NCBI RefSeq assembly: GCF_035084215.1
Contig: NC_090348.1
Location: 25,854,001 to 25,918,000 of the forward strand
Source: Heptranchias perlo
Lineage: Eukaryota
Direction of reading: 5' to 3'
DNA: 64,000 bases
In this document: piece by piece, positions 13,775 through 26,214 of the stretch
Layout: every line of letters starts with the position of its first letter
How positions within the stretch are numbered: position 1 is the stretch's first letter
Made by a program: the position numbers and the translations under genes
Notes under the pieces: generated by a model
The model's input: only the letters and a program-made list of their open reading frames with translations
Database searches by the model: none
What the model was told of the DNA's origin: nothing

Positions 13775-14160
13775 TGTGAATGCCCAGGCAGTAAAGTCAC
13801 CATCTAATTTAATTTAATCTAATCTAATTTGACACGAGGCCAGGCAGTACCAGAAGGTCCCTGGTTTGACTTCCAGGTTTGCACTGTTCTCAACCAGAGC
13901 AGAAGTGGGTTGCTATAATTGGACATAGGACTCCTGGCAGGGAAAATACTGGTCAAAATTTCCACTCCTGATTGCAGTCCCCTGCTGGAAATTGTGTGTG
14001 GACATCAATTGTGAATAGGATCAGGCTCAGCTATGATGCTCTCCATGGACTAATAATCCACTAAAACTCACTTTATAGGCTTAGACATAAAGAATCAGCA
14101 CTTGCACAAAGTACTAAAACTCTGCTGCTACCCAAGTAACCATGCCCCAACATGATTCAG
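13775..14160 (+). mobile_element. Unclassified tRNA-derived SINE-like repeat
   Basis: Shares blocks with 58340-58635 and 29060-29185 (CCTGCTGGAAA..GTGTG, CACATGAAGAAT-like, AACCAT.CCCCA). B-box-like motif in the head. Confidence 0.5.
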
Positions 14161-14664
14161 TGACCAATTAGTGATTAGACTCCTCTGGGGTCAATGTGGC
14201 CCCAAAATGGCAATGGAAGGGCAAAAACAAGTCAACCTCTGTGGCAAATTTAGTAATTGATACCTGAGCTAGCCAGATTCATAGTACTCCAGGGCACTGT
14301 TGATGATTGATTGATTAACCAGCCTGGCTCACTAATGGAACCTGAAGGAATACACCTGTCACTGGAGGTTGGATTTTTTGCACCTGCTCCAATTAATCCT
14401 GGAAATCAATGCCCCATGAGGTGGGTGGCCCTGGTTGGACACACAGCAGGAAACTTATCAGTACTCTGTGCTGATAGGCTGTGTGGGATCAGCTGGTTGG
14501 ACTCAAGCCATATCCCTGTGTTCTCTATGGGGGGGTCCCTAAGCATTGGTTCTGCCAATCTACACCTGGACTTAAGAAGGTGAGATGCTACTTTATGGGG
14601 AGACAATGCACACTCCATATAGGGTAAACAGAAATCCTACCAGTGTGTATTTCTCAGCACCTTG

Positions 14665-14858
14665 GTTTGGAGAGGGTGGTGGAAGTAGATTCAATAGGCA
14701 CTTTCAAAGGGGAGTTAGATATATACTTGAAAAAGGCAAATTTGCAGGGCTATTGGTAAAGAGAAGGGGAGTGGGACTAATTGGATAGCTCTTTCAAAGA
14801 GCCAATACAGACATGCTGGGCTGAATGGCCTCCTTCTGAGCTGTATGATTCTATGATA
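14665..14858 (+). mobile_element. CR1 3' end fragment
   Basis: GGGTGGTGGAAGTAGATTCAAT...GAATGGCCTCCTTCT...ATGATTCTATGAT tail. Confidence 0.8.
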
Positions 14859-15369
14859 TTGACAGTTGCGTGTTTAAGATCCCAACATTGTTACTGCTGT
14901 TTCAATTCTCGAGTCTGCTCTCGATATTCTTTCAGAGTCACTGGTTTCTCCCATAAGTGGACCTCGGCTCCCTACAATCACTAACTTATCTTTACTGCCT
15001 AGTAAGTTGTCAGGATAGCATGGCCTGGGACGGTAGCAAGAGCCCCATGTTATATGAACGAGATGCTGTAAACACACTCATGCGACCGTGTGTGTTTCTC
15101 CAGACGTCTGTGAGGTGGAATTGATTAATTCTCTGGTGGGACAAAATCAAGAAACTGTTTTATTTTACACATTACAAATGCCTGAACAGAGTAGTAAATC
15201 CTAAATATAAAACAAAGCACACCATGTTATCCTTGTTAGTAAGGTCACTTCACTTTCTGGTTAGCCTGTTCACTGAATCAGACCGGATCTATTTTAAGCA
15301 AGGGGGAATCTGTTCTCTTTCTGTCTCTTACCAGCCTGCCATTATAGTCCCCTGACCATGTGTTACTCC

Positions 15370-15888
15370 AGTGCTCTCCTGGCCAGCCTCCCATCTTCCA
15401 CCTTCCCTAAACTAGAGCTTATCTAAAACTCTGCTGCCCGTTCACCCATCACCCCTGTGCTTGCTGACCTACGTTGGCTCCTAGTCCCCAAACGTCTTTA
15501 ATTTAAAATTCACATACTTGTGTTCAAATACCACTATGGCCTTGCTCCTCCTTATCTCTCTAACCTTCTCCACCCCTATAACCCAATAAGAACTCTGGGT
15601 TCCTCCAATTCTGGCCTCTTGTGCATCCCTGATTTCCTTTGCCCCTCCATTGGCAGCTGTGCCTTTGGCTGTCCAGACCCTAAGCTATGGAATCCCTTCC
15701 CTAAACCTCTCTGTTTCTCTACCTCTCTCTCCTCCTTTAAGATCCTCTTAAACTTACAACTTTGACCAAGCTTTTGGTCACCTGTCCTAATATCTCCTTA
15801 TGTGACTCGGTGCCAAATTCTGTCTGCTAACACTCCTGTGAAGTGCCTTGAGACGTTTTACTACATTAAAGGCGCTTTATAAATGCCT
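15370..15888 (+). mobile_element. L2 LINE 3' end
   Basis: Encodes the L2-like ITPVLADLxWL / FKxxxGLAPPYLSNLL segment and ends with the AAAGGCGCTTTATAAATGC tail. Confidence 0.8.
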
Positions 15889-16544
15889 TTGTCCGTTCTT
15901 GAAAGAAAGTCAGCCATTCAATCTCTGACCTCCCTGTCCAGAGTTTGCAAATGAAACTGGCTACTGTCCTTTGGAAACCATCACCTGTTGTTTTTAAAAT
16001 GACTCGGCCCATCCACCACAATGAGTCTGTCTGTGGTGAAATGGCCAAAATGTTTAATCTGATAGGAATTTGGAATAATAAGTGGTAAAATTACTAATGT
16101 TCAGGGATTCTACCAGTATGCTACCCTTGAGATAACCCAAATAGCCAACTCAGGAACTTCTATTGCCTTTCATTGTAAAGAGCACTGGATGCTAGTAACT
16201 CCATAAAAGATTGATTATAAAACCTTAATATGTATACAAGAAAGCTAAAAATGATTAAAACAATTCGCTAGGATACGTACGTATAGCAGGATGGTACCAA
16301 AAATGAAGATTGGTCACTTTTACCTAGGTAACAATTTGGCTCTAACTACAGCAAGCGACCTGGGCACAGGCATGTTCAGTTCAGATGAATGCGAGTCCGG
16401 GCTTCTTTGTTATTTCTCTTGATAACAGTAACAATGTCAGAAACTACCCTGCAAGAAATGATCTTGACGTGTATTCCATGGCCTAACTTGGTAACTCACC
16501 CACCTGCAGTGGCTCTCTTTCAGTGTGTATTTTTAATTCTTCAT

Positions 16545-16870
16545 TTGTCTTTTTCTCTCGGGATGTGTGCATCGCTGGTAAGTCTGTTATTTATTGCCCA
16601 TCCCTGATGCCCTGAGAAGGTGGTGGCGGGTGGCCTTCTTGAACTGAGTGACTTGCTAGACCACTTGAGAGACAGTTAAGAGTCAACCACGTTGCTGTAG
16701 GACTAGTCACATATAGGCCAGACCGGGTAAGGACAGCGGGTTTTCTTCCTTCAAGGACATTAGTGAATCAGTTGGATTTTTAGGATAATCCGATAGCTTC
16801 ATGGTCATCTTTATTGATACTAGCTTTTTATTTCCAGATAAGTTAAGAAATTGAATTTGAATTCAGTTTT
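16545..16870 (-). mobile_element. SINE with LINE-derived tail (same family as 44940-45352)
   Basis: Reverse-strand tail GGGATGGGCAATAAAT...GCGATGC.CACATCCC, shared with 30570-30625 and 44950-45000. Confidence 0.7.
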
Positions 16871-18044
16871 AATACATGCTATAGTAGGTTGATAATGTGT
16901 TAGGGTTTAATGATGTGATATCTACAAAATTATCCTGAATATACTTGCTCATTTTAATGAGTTCTTAATTTTATTGAAAAAGTAATGATTTATTGTGTGC
17001 ATGTGCTTTTTTTTACAAGATTCTGGTTAATACATTTGTGATTTTCTGTGTATATGTATATCATAACATATCTCTGTCATTAAAAATATTGCATCTGGAT
17101 ATTCCGGCTGTAACCTCTCAGAACGGCAGGCTAATTTTGTAAAATGTAATTTTTCACTGCATTCTATGTTAGTACATTTTGGGGGTGGGGGGGGGGGTAC
17201 AGAGAGGAACAAAATTGCTGAATATTTTAGTCTTGGAGCCTAAATGTGTACAGTTTTGCATTTTTAGTGGCTACGTTATTTGAGCTCACAGTTTTAGATC
17301 TCCATGTTTGCCACTGCACCATCTAGTAGCAGAGATTAAGTACTACAGGAACAATAAATCCCATGACCTAGGAGTGTCTAAACCTTAAGAAATATTTCAT
17401 GTTGATCTAGATCTAAAAATCGTAGACTTTGGAGAACTGAGATTCATAGTCTCCATTAATTCAGAATATTGAATAACTCTGTAATTGTTAACTGCTTACC
17501 CCTTCTTTGCTCCCCCACATTGAGGAGGGGTGTCCCCACTGCATGTTGTTCAAATCCATTAGTGATGGATATAAATTTGCCAAAATCTGTTCATGAATTA
17601 GCAGCACAAGCACCGGTCTGTCCAATGCCAAACACTAATGCCCCTGCACACGCACCCCTGCCAATCTGCCTATGACAAACTCCCTATTGTCTGTCTGTCA
17701 TTGGGTCCTCTAGTGAAGCTGTTTTTAAAGCACCATTTTGCTATTGCAAAGTACACATTTTTTAAAAAAACAGCTTCAGGCAGGGAACTTTATTGGGAGC
17801 TCCTGCCCCCATGGTCTCACATCCCAGGATCACAATTCCATCCCCCCCCCCCTTCTGTGTTGGCAGACTCTCCTCCACAGACCCTGGGACCCTATCCTCT
17901 GGATTCCATTCTCATCTTTCCCCCCGCCCAGTGCTGTCAGATACAGGACCACAAATGCTCATCTCTCTCCCACTGTACTTCTGCCCCCACGCCCCCAGCA
18001 GTGTTCTGAGACGGGGGAATCCCAGTATTGGCCAGACCACTGAG

Positions 18045-18515
18045 AGGACTCCCCTGCTGTTCTTCGAAAAGTGCCATGGGATCTTTTCCATCCACCTGAG
18101 AGGGGATTCAGGGCCTCAGTTTAACATCTCATCTGAAAGACAGCATCTCCAACAGTACTGCACTGAAGTGTCAACCTAGATTATGTGCTCAAGTCTTTGG
18201 ATTGGGACTCGAACCACAGCCTTCTGAACCATGGCTGACACTTGAAAAATAAATAACCAGTTAATCTGTTTCATGGAGTTAGTTGAGGGAAAATTATTAT
18301 CCAGGATACAGGGAGAATTCGCCTCTTCTTTAAATAGTGCTGTTAACATTTAACATCGCATCCGAAAGACAGTACCTCCAACATTGCAGCCTTCCCTCAG
18401 TAGTGCACTGAAGTGTCAGCTTAGTTTGCTGTGTGTTTGCGTTATGGAATGGGGCTTGAACCCACCATCTCCTTACTCTGAGGCAAAAGTGCTAGCACTG
18501 AGTCAAGCTGACACT
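18045..18515 (-). mobile_element. Two tandem Deu-SINE 5' fragments
   Basis: Reverse complements of the 862-1100 SINE head occur twice (~18045-18245 and ~18270-18515). Confidence 0.7.
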
Positions 18516-19677
18516 TGAGTAACACCTTGCCACTGAAGACTAGCAGCTGTAAATTTGTGCCATGTGCAGAAACTTATGTGGATTAAACAAGTTTGTTTGA
18601 ATTGCCATTTGCATTAATGAAGTTACACCTTATTTGATGATTGGTGAGTTGTCTTGTCTCAAATCATAAGGGACTGTTTCAGTATTTCTTTATAGAATCT
18701 TATAGCTATATCTACGTTGCAGCTACTTTAATTTGGTTGCTGCAACTGGATGCTGGGAAAGATTCTCCCAGCCGTATGTTGCTCATTTTCGGGACCAACG
18801 TTGCTGGATGGTATGCATACTACCACTTCAAAAGTGGCCACCCCAAACACAATACGTTATCAGATACTTTGCACTAAGGTCACAGCTTTGGATCATAGAG
18901 GAAGGATTTTTTTCACTAGTTAGGACAATGCCCAAATCGTAATAACCATAACACATAGAGTGATGGAGCAACCAGCACAGAGTTATTCTGCCTGTTTGCA
19001 GCATTCTTTGCATGGGTAAAGTAAAACTCTGCTCACTGGTGTCTGACTACCAGTGAAATTTCCAAGAGCCAAGTTAAATTTAAAGCTAATTAAATGGATT
19101 GACTACCCTAATTTGTTTTAAACTTAAATTTAAAAAAAAATTGCTTCAAGCTATTTATGAAGCTGAAGCTGCAGCAGCATGATACTACTTCCTCCAGATT
19201 GTCTCATACCTGACATTGATTCAGCTGTAATTATACCAGAAAACCTACTTTGAGAGATGTGCAGTATGACTGCACCATTAGAAATTGCTTGTTGTAGCTG
19301 TCAGAACCTACTTTTAATAAACATTATTAAAATGTGTTGCTTGTTGCTCAGGACACATTTTTGATGTTGATTCCCTGTTGTGTTTAAGTTGTCATTTAGT
19401 TGAGCTGCTCTAAATATCAAATTTGTTTGTACTCTGACAAAAATTGAGTAATCTAATGTTCTTAAAACACCTGCAGCTAACCAACTGAAAAGGGCCTCTG
19501 CAGCAACTATATCAATCTGAAGCATTCTGCTTGTACAGCTCTAACATAGGCAGAAGTTTGTACAGTTTTAAGGACAGTCAAGTATTTTTTTTCCACTTAA
19601 GCTCAACTAGACAGACTGTGTTTTGTCAGTATTAAGCTTTTCTCTCTTGAATTTAGATATATTGAAAAAATACTGCA

Positions 19678-19762
19678 ATGCTCTCCCTCTTATTGAAAGC
19701 TGCCACATTCTTGTGGAGAAGAGTTGATGACGACTTGGAACAAGATACATGTGAAGCTGCAG
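19678..19762 (+). CDS. MOV10L1: MOV10L1 coding exon 1 (MLSLLLKAATFLWRRVDDDLEQDTCEAA)
   Basis: Resembles the human N-terminus MLSLAAKLVAFFWR. Acceptor at 19655-56 (exon starts 19657), donor G|gtact, phase 1. Confidence 0.88.
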
Positions 19763-21604
19763 GTACTGGATTTTACTCTGAATACTGTGATGTTAAAGTG
19801 GGAAATTGTCTCTTCCTTTTAAAGAATATAAATCACATACATATATGATGCTGTCACTATTATTGAAATGGTTGTTTTCAGATTCATTAATACTGCCTGA
19901 AGTGTACCTCTCCCACACTTGCCACGCACCCTCTGCGTTGATGGTAATTGTATACCACTGTCAGTAGCAAGTAAGAAGCACACTACTTTAAATAGTTTGC
20001 TGCTGCTTGTGGATATTTTACCAGCTTTTTGCTCCATAAATTATGTACAGTTTTTTAAAAAATGGGCAGTAATTAGATACAAATACCACCATGTAATATT
20101 TTGGAGGGGAAGAATTTGTGATTGTGAATTTGTAGATTTTTTTTAAATGAGTGCAGTTAAATTGATGTATGTATGAGAGCAAAGAAATGTATTAATTTTG
20201 GTCTGAAAAGTTGTTAAAAATTCATAGTAATGCTGCAGTGTACAATGGACAAAGAAACTCATGGATTATTTGAGCAGTTCTTCTGATTTGATTCTGATTT
20301 TGATTTTGATTTGTGTTCTCCCCATTCCAACTATCATCAAATTTATTTAAACTTCAACTTGTTTGCATTCCTCACATCAGTTACTCCTATTTACAAATTG
20401 TGAAGGACTTGGAATATGTTTTAAGAATATTTAAGAACACCATAATAGTTTGAAATGGCATTTGAATTCCTACCAAGTTCAACATGTTCTTCACAAGCCA
20501 GTGCAACAGTTTATACAGTGAAGAAGGAGCAATATATTTTCTCCTCTCCTAAAAGGCGCTGACTCTAGTTCATTTTCTAACTCTGGATGAACGTATTCCT
20601 GAACTTTCGATCATGTGAGTTTGCCCACTGTTTGCATTTACCTTGAGTGTCTCCGTGCTCTAGTATTTCTAAGATAATGTAAAATAATTATGTTACAAAA
20701 CACAATATTTTGTTTTAGACTAGATACACAATTTGGACAGAAATGTTTTGGAATCATCTTATGTAGACAAGGATTATGCATGCCAGAATTGGAATGGCCA
20801 ACGACAAAATCTATGGCAAACTACCCATATGGACCAGCAACTTTGTGTAGATTTTAGGTTGCAGATGGTCGGTTCTTAACTGAGCAGCTGACCCTGCACT
20901 GCTCTACCTGCTGCAGTTGACGCTGCTGGCCTGCATTCCTCTTTCCTCCCTTCTCTTCCTGCAGCGCACAGCTGCTGCCGCTATGGTAACCATTCACCAT
21001 CCCATTCAGTAGTGCCCGGCCGCTCCTCACCGCTTCGCTCTCCATCACCGATCGTTTTCTCAAATCAACTTCATGGCCGCACGAGAAAGAGCTGCTGTTT
21101 TAATAAATAGCCATTGACACTGTGCTGTCCATTAACCGCAGCCTCCTCGCAGACACGGAATCTTACGATCTTCATCAGCAGACGGATGCCCAAATTGTCT
21201 TGACCGTGTGCAAGTTATTCAACAATGAAAGCATCACAGCTATGTTGGTCCCACCTGATGTGTACGCACTCATGTTTACTTTCCAGCGAGGAACATTGGA
21301 TAATGATCAGGAGTAGAAACCTTGGCTGTTTTTAATTTTTCTTTAGCCAAGGGACACTAAGGACAATTGCAGTAGTTTAAATGCTGTCCCAGCTGCGATC
21401 AACTAACTTAATGCAGAGCAGGAATTGAACTCTGGATCTTTTGGTCTATATGGCTTAGTGCTACACAGGATAGATGGTGCTTAAACCCAGTAACCCATCA
21501 GGTGAGATTGAGCAATAGTAAATTTAGGATTTTGAATACTGGATTTCAAAAAAGGACAATTAGCTTTAATTATAAAAAGGCAAATTTTCTGATTCCATTA
21601 AAGA

Positions 21605-21715
21605 AAGAAAGACTTGCATTTATATAACTCCTTTCACAACCTCAGGGTGTCCCAAAGCACATTACAGTCAATTAGGTACTTTTGAAATGTAGTCACTGTT
21701 GTAATGTAGGAATTA
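21605..21715 (-). mobile_element. Deu-SINE / L2-type 3' tail fragment
   Basis: GACTTGCATTTATATA..CCTTTCAC..CCTCAGG..GTCCCAAAGC is the reverse complement of the tail at ~1190-1287. Confidence 0.7.
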
Positions 21716-21791
21716 CATTATTAGTGCAATCATGTGTAAATGGTTGACTGATACCAGTTGTATAACTAACTTTTTAAATATTGTTTTCTAG

Positions 21792-21979
21792 ATTGTACCG
21801 AGTATAAAAATGTACTTGGAGGTACTGTGACCAGGTTTTGTGGTAAATATGGTTTAGTTGATGACTCCATCTACTTCACTGCTAATGATGTGCTGGGAGG
21901 TATGCCTTTGCAAATCGGCCAGAAGGTGAACATAGTGGCCCAAAAGAATGAGATATCGGGCGGTTGGAAAGCAGTCAAG
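21792..21979 (+). CDS. MOV10L1: MOV10L1 coding exon 2 (..GTVTRFCGKYGLVDDSIYFT...GGWKAVK; S1/OB-like N-terminal region)
   Basis: AG/GT boundaries, phase 1 to 0. Resembles human [20 protein letters not shown]...GLKAIR. Confidence 0.93.
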
Positions 21980-22639
21980 GTAGGATGTGATAGAAATGGT
22001 TACTTATTTCATTCTGATAAAACAGTGAACTTTGAAATGCAGAGTTTAAAATTTTTAACAAAAAAGTTCTGCATTAGTTCACACTGCATGTAATCCTTGA
22101 ATTGCAAACCTAATGTAAAACAGAGATGAGCATCATCAACTTTGTAAGGATATTTGGGCATATAGTTTAGGGAATCCCCAGAGTATACTTCCATTCTGAA
22201 AGGTCACCATTCTCTCCTAAAATAAAAAGGGAAAGCTGGAAATCTGAAATAAAAACAAAAAATGCTGGAAATACACAACAGGTCATTCTGCATCTATAAA
22301 GAGAAAAGACAGGTTATGACAATTAGGGTATGTACCCTTTATCAGACTCTGCTCTCTAGTTTCCTGTTGTTGGTTTCATTCACATTCCCTTCCCCTGTCT
22401 TTTATAGTGCTGCTTTTTATGCTGGAGTGAAGTCACCATGTGCTTTAAAGACCACTGTCAGTATCCCTCTCCCTAAGAGACCCCACCCTCGACCCCTCTG
22501 TCCTTGCAAACTACCACCCCATCTCCAAAGTCCTTGAACATGTTGTCGTCTCCCAAATGTGTACCCATGTGTCCGCAGCTCCCTATTTGAATTTCTGTAA
22601 TCAAGTTTCTACCCCTCGAACAACACCAAAACAGCCTTA

Positions 22640-22885
22640 ACTTGTTGGCAACTGTGCCTTCAGCTGTCTAGGCCCCAAGCTCCGAAATCCCCTCCTTAAA
22701 CCCATCTGCCTCTCGCTTCTCTTTCCTCATTTAAGACTGTCCTTAAAACTCACCTCTTTGGCCAAGCTTTTGGTCACCCCTCCTAATATCTCCTTGGCTC
22801 AGTGTCTTTTTTTTTGATTGCATCTCTGAAGAGCCTTGAGACATTTTTCTATGTTCTAGGAGCTCTATAAGTACAAGTTGCTGTT
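22640..22885 (+). mobile_element. L2 3' end fragment
   Basis: Similar to 15650-15888 (GTGCCTT..GCTGTC...CCAAGCTTTTGGTCACC). Confidence 0.65.
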
Positions 22886-24962
22886 GTACACTGCTCTAGT
22901 GGAATGAGTTTTGCACACCACAAAAATTGTTAACCAATGTACAAGTTGGTGCTTAGAAACTGGTTGTCAAGCATTTTTGTCCAATATAAGGCACACAGAG
23001 TTGAGAAGGTTTTTAGTGATTACTTAACTGAAAAATTCAAGAGCTGTTCTAACACCCAGATTATCTCTCTCAATTACTTTCAGATGCTATACGAATGCAG
23101 ATAGTTATTACTGTTCTTGCTAATAAAGGTTCCCTTGTGTACTCTGATATCAGGCAGGCACTTTTCATTTGCAGCCTGCAAAAGAGATGTAAGGGCAAAG
23201 TTGGATTACTGTCTGCAGTTTAGGGCACTCCACTGTAGAAAGATATTGGTGCCATGAAAAAGATATGATGCAGATAATACCAGGGATGAAAAATTTGGGA
23301 ACAATTGCTGGGATGTTCACTGGAGCAAAGACGACAGAGACTAAGGTGGGATCTAATAGAAGTATTCAACATTTTGAACAGGTTTGAGAGGGTAAATAGT
23401 GAAAGATTATCTTCATTGGTGAATCACTAACAAAAGGATATAAATTGAGCTTTAGTGCTATGGAAGGGGAAGGTTTGAAGGATTTCCCCCCCCCCCCCCC
23501 CACAGAGAATTATTAGAATATGGACTGCATTATCACACAAACCTACTGAAACCGTGTTTCTTACAATAGATGAGGGAATTGGATGAAGACTTGAAGAAAA
23601 ATATTGAAGGGTAGAGAGAATAGAAAGAACATGGAAATGGGATTGAGGTACATAGCTCAAGTGTAAAGCTAGCACCGGCATAGGCACAGCGGGCCAAGTA
23701 TTTTTCCTCCATGCTGGAATTTCTGTGATTCTTTGGATCTCATTCTGCTGTAAGATTACCATGCCTGGCCAAATATCAAGTGTCATACCCTAACAAGTTG
23801 CTTACAGATGCTCCTGTTATCCACAATGACAGTCAATGTAGTCAAGACACTTTTGTTTTCCAAAAAAAGTGCTAGTTCATTGACTTTAATTATAAAGACT
23901 GTTCTATAAAAAGCCAACCCTGTGATCTGTTGTAATTCCTTCGGGTACAGTCTCATTGCACTCAAATAAAATATAAAATCATTTTGCTACCACTCCATTA
24001 GGAAACTTGTTCTTTATCACTTTTGGTGACTCATCAAGATGAGAGATGGCAGTGCTAGGGATTAGACTGGAAGCTTTTGGGCATTAAGTATCATCACACT
24101 GTTGGGTCAGGTATGTTGTTGTATAGTTCAAATGCAGAAGTAAAGCCTCTTGTGTTCTTAGCAATACCCTTTAGCCCCAACAATGGAAGAAACCCTCCAC
24201 TACCAGTTTTTTTTTCCATTTTCCACAAAGGGGAACTGCTGCTTTGATTGAAATTGCCAGTTTATGTCATGTTAAGTTCAGTTTTGTGTAGTGGATGCTT
24301 GCCCATAAGGAATGAGGTTGAGACATTCAAACTCATTTCTGTCCTTCAGGTGAGATAATAAACGGAGCCCTGGCTTCCTGTTCAGGTAATATTGTAATGG
24401 GAAGATGGTAGAATGAGATCAAATGGACTAAAGGGTCTTTTTTTTTTTAAAAACCTGAACTGAGAAAGAAAGTTTTCAGTCTGAGCAGGATTCAAAATCT
24501 GGATCCTAGAAAAGAAAAGATAATGTGCTAACACCCACCCTCTCATGTTGCATCCAATTCATTTTCCCCTCCCCCAGATTATTTTCCTTATTTCTTTGTT
24601 CGCTTCAGTTCTAAATGAAAATGTGATATTGTTGGTTTAAAGACTATTTGGAAAGCAATTACTAAGTAAGTTGGGTAAGTCTTTGAATTCATACTACCAA
24701 TTTGGGATACAACTAATTATCTGAATTTTTTTTTACGTACTGTATAATATGTACATATGAGCTCATGCTTTGTATGTCACTTGTGCAAATTGTATCACTA
24801 TTACTGACATGGATTTAAAATGCCAATGTGCGAAGATCTCTTGAGTTTTACTTAATTGCTGTTGCTCATTTAAAAAAACAATGAACACGTGCATTATGTG
24901 CAAATTGTAAAAATATTTGGAACAATGGAATTGTCTTACACCTATTGTATTTTTTATTGCAG

Positions 24963-25131
24963 GTGGAACCTGTAACCAGTCAGTGGGATGAGGATGGTAC
25001 TAACGATACCTACTCAAACCTTCCAGCACAAAGTGAGACTCACAACCTGATCGGCATTATAACTTCACGCACCAAGGATGGTGGCTATCTTAATGAAACT
25101 ATTTATTTCTCAATGGCAGATGTTTGTGAAG
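24963..25131 (+). CDS. MOV10L1: MOV10L1 coding exon 3 (VEPVTSQWDED...TIYFSMADVCE)
   Basis: ttgcag acceptor, G|gtaaa donor, phase 0 to 1. Resembles human VEAVSDKWEDD...TTYFSLESVCEG. Confidence 0.93.
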
Positions 25132-25184
25132 GTAAAAATGCAGTGATTTATCTTGCACTGGCTACAAAACAGAAAAGAGAGTAG

Positions 25185-26200
25185 TTGTTAAGGGTAGCTA
25201 CTCAGAATGGCAAAAGGTGGGACGTGGTGTTCCACAGGGATCGGTACCGGGACCACAAATTACATCAACGATTTGGATTCGGGAATCAGAGTACAATTTC
25301 AAAATTTGCAGACGACACGAAATTGGGAGGTGTAGTTAATACTAAGGAAGAATGCGTCAAAATGCAAGAGGACGTTAATAAACTTGCAGAAAGGGCATGT
25401 AATTGGCAAATGAATTTCAATATAGATAAGTGTGAGGTGGTGCATTTTGGTAGGAAAAATAAGGAGGCCACATATTGCTTGGATAATAAGAGTCTAAATG
25501 GGCAAGAGGAGCAAAGGGATCTCGGAACAGGTACACAAATCATTAAAAGTAGTGATGCAGGTTAATAAGGCCATAAAAAAGGCAAGTCACGCACTGGGGT
25601 TCATTTCTAGAGGGATAGAATTGAAAAGCAGAAAAGTTATGTTTAACTTGTAAAGAACCTTGGTTAGACCACACTTGGAGTACTGTGAACAGTTCTGGTT
25701 TCCATATTATAAAAAGGATATAGAGGCGCTGGAGAAGGTGCAAAAAAGATAAACAAGGGTGATACCAGAACTGAGGATATATTTATCAGGAAAGACTAAA
25801 CCCGCTGGGGCTTTTTTCTCTAGAAAAGAGAAGGCTGAGTGGTGACCTGATGGAGATCATTAAATTAGTGAAAGGGTTTGATAGGGTAGATGTAGAGAAA
25901 ATGTCCCCACTTGTGGGGACTCCAAAACCATAGGTCATAAATATAAGATAGTGACTTATAAATTCTATATGGAATTTACCCAAAGGCTGGTAAGAATGTG
26001 GAACACACTACCGTTAGGAATAATTGAGGCAAATAACATAGATGCATTTAAGGGGAAGCTAGATAAGCACATGAGGGAGAAAGGAATAGAAGGGTATGCT
26101 GATAGGGGTAGATGAAGTAGGGAAGGAGGAGACTTGTGGAGCATAAACGTCGGCATAGACCAGTTGGGCCGAATGGCCTGTTTCTGCGCTGTAGACTCAA
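25185..26200 (+). mobile_element. CR1 LINE 3' portion
   Basis: ISKFADDTKLGG RT motif, [11 protein letters not shown] segment and CR1 3' UTR; frameshifted. Sequence is close to the 6651-7560 copy. Confidence 0.9.
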
Positions 26201-26214
26201 TATTACATTGAGTT

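Noticed and set aside
21150-21180. Minus-strand CTGATGA as a fourth hammerhead
   Set aside because: No downstream GAAA and no compatible stems.
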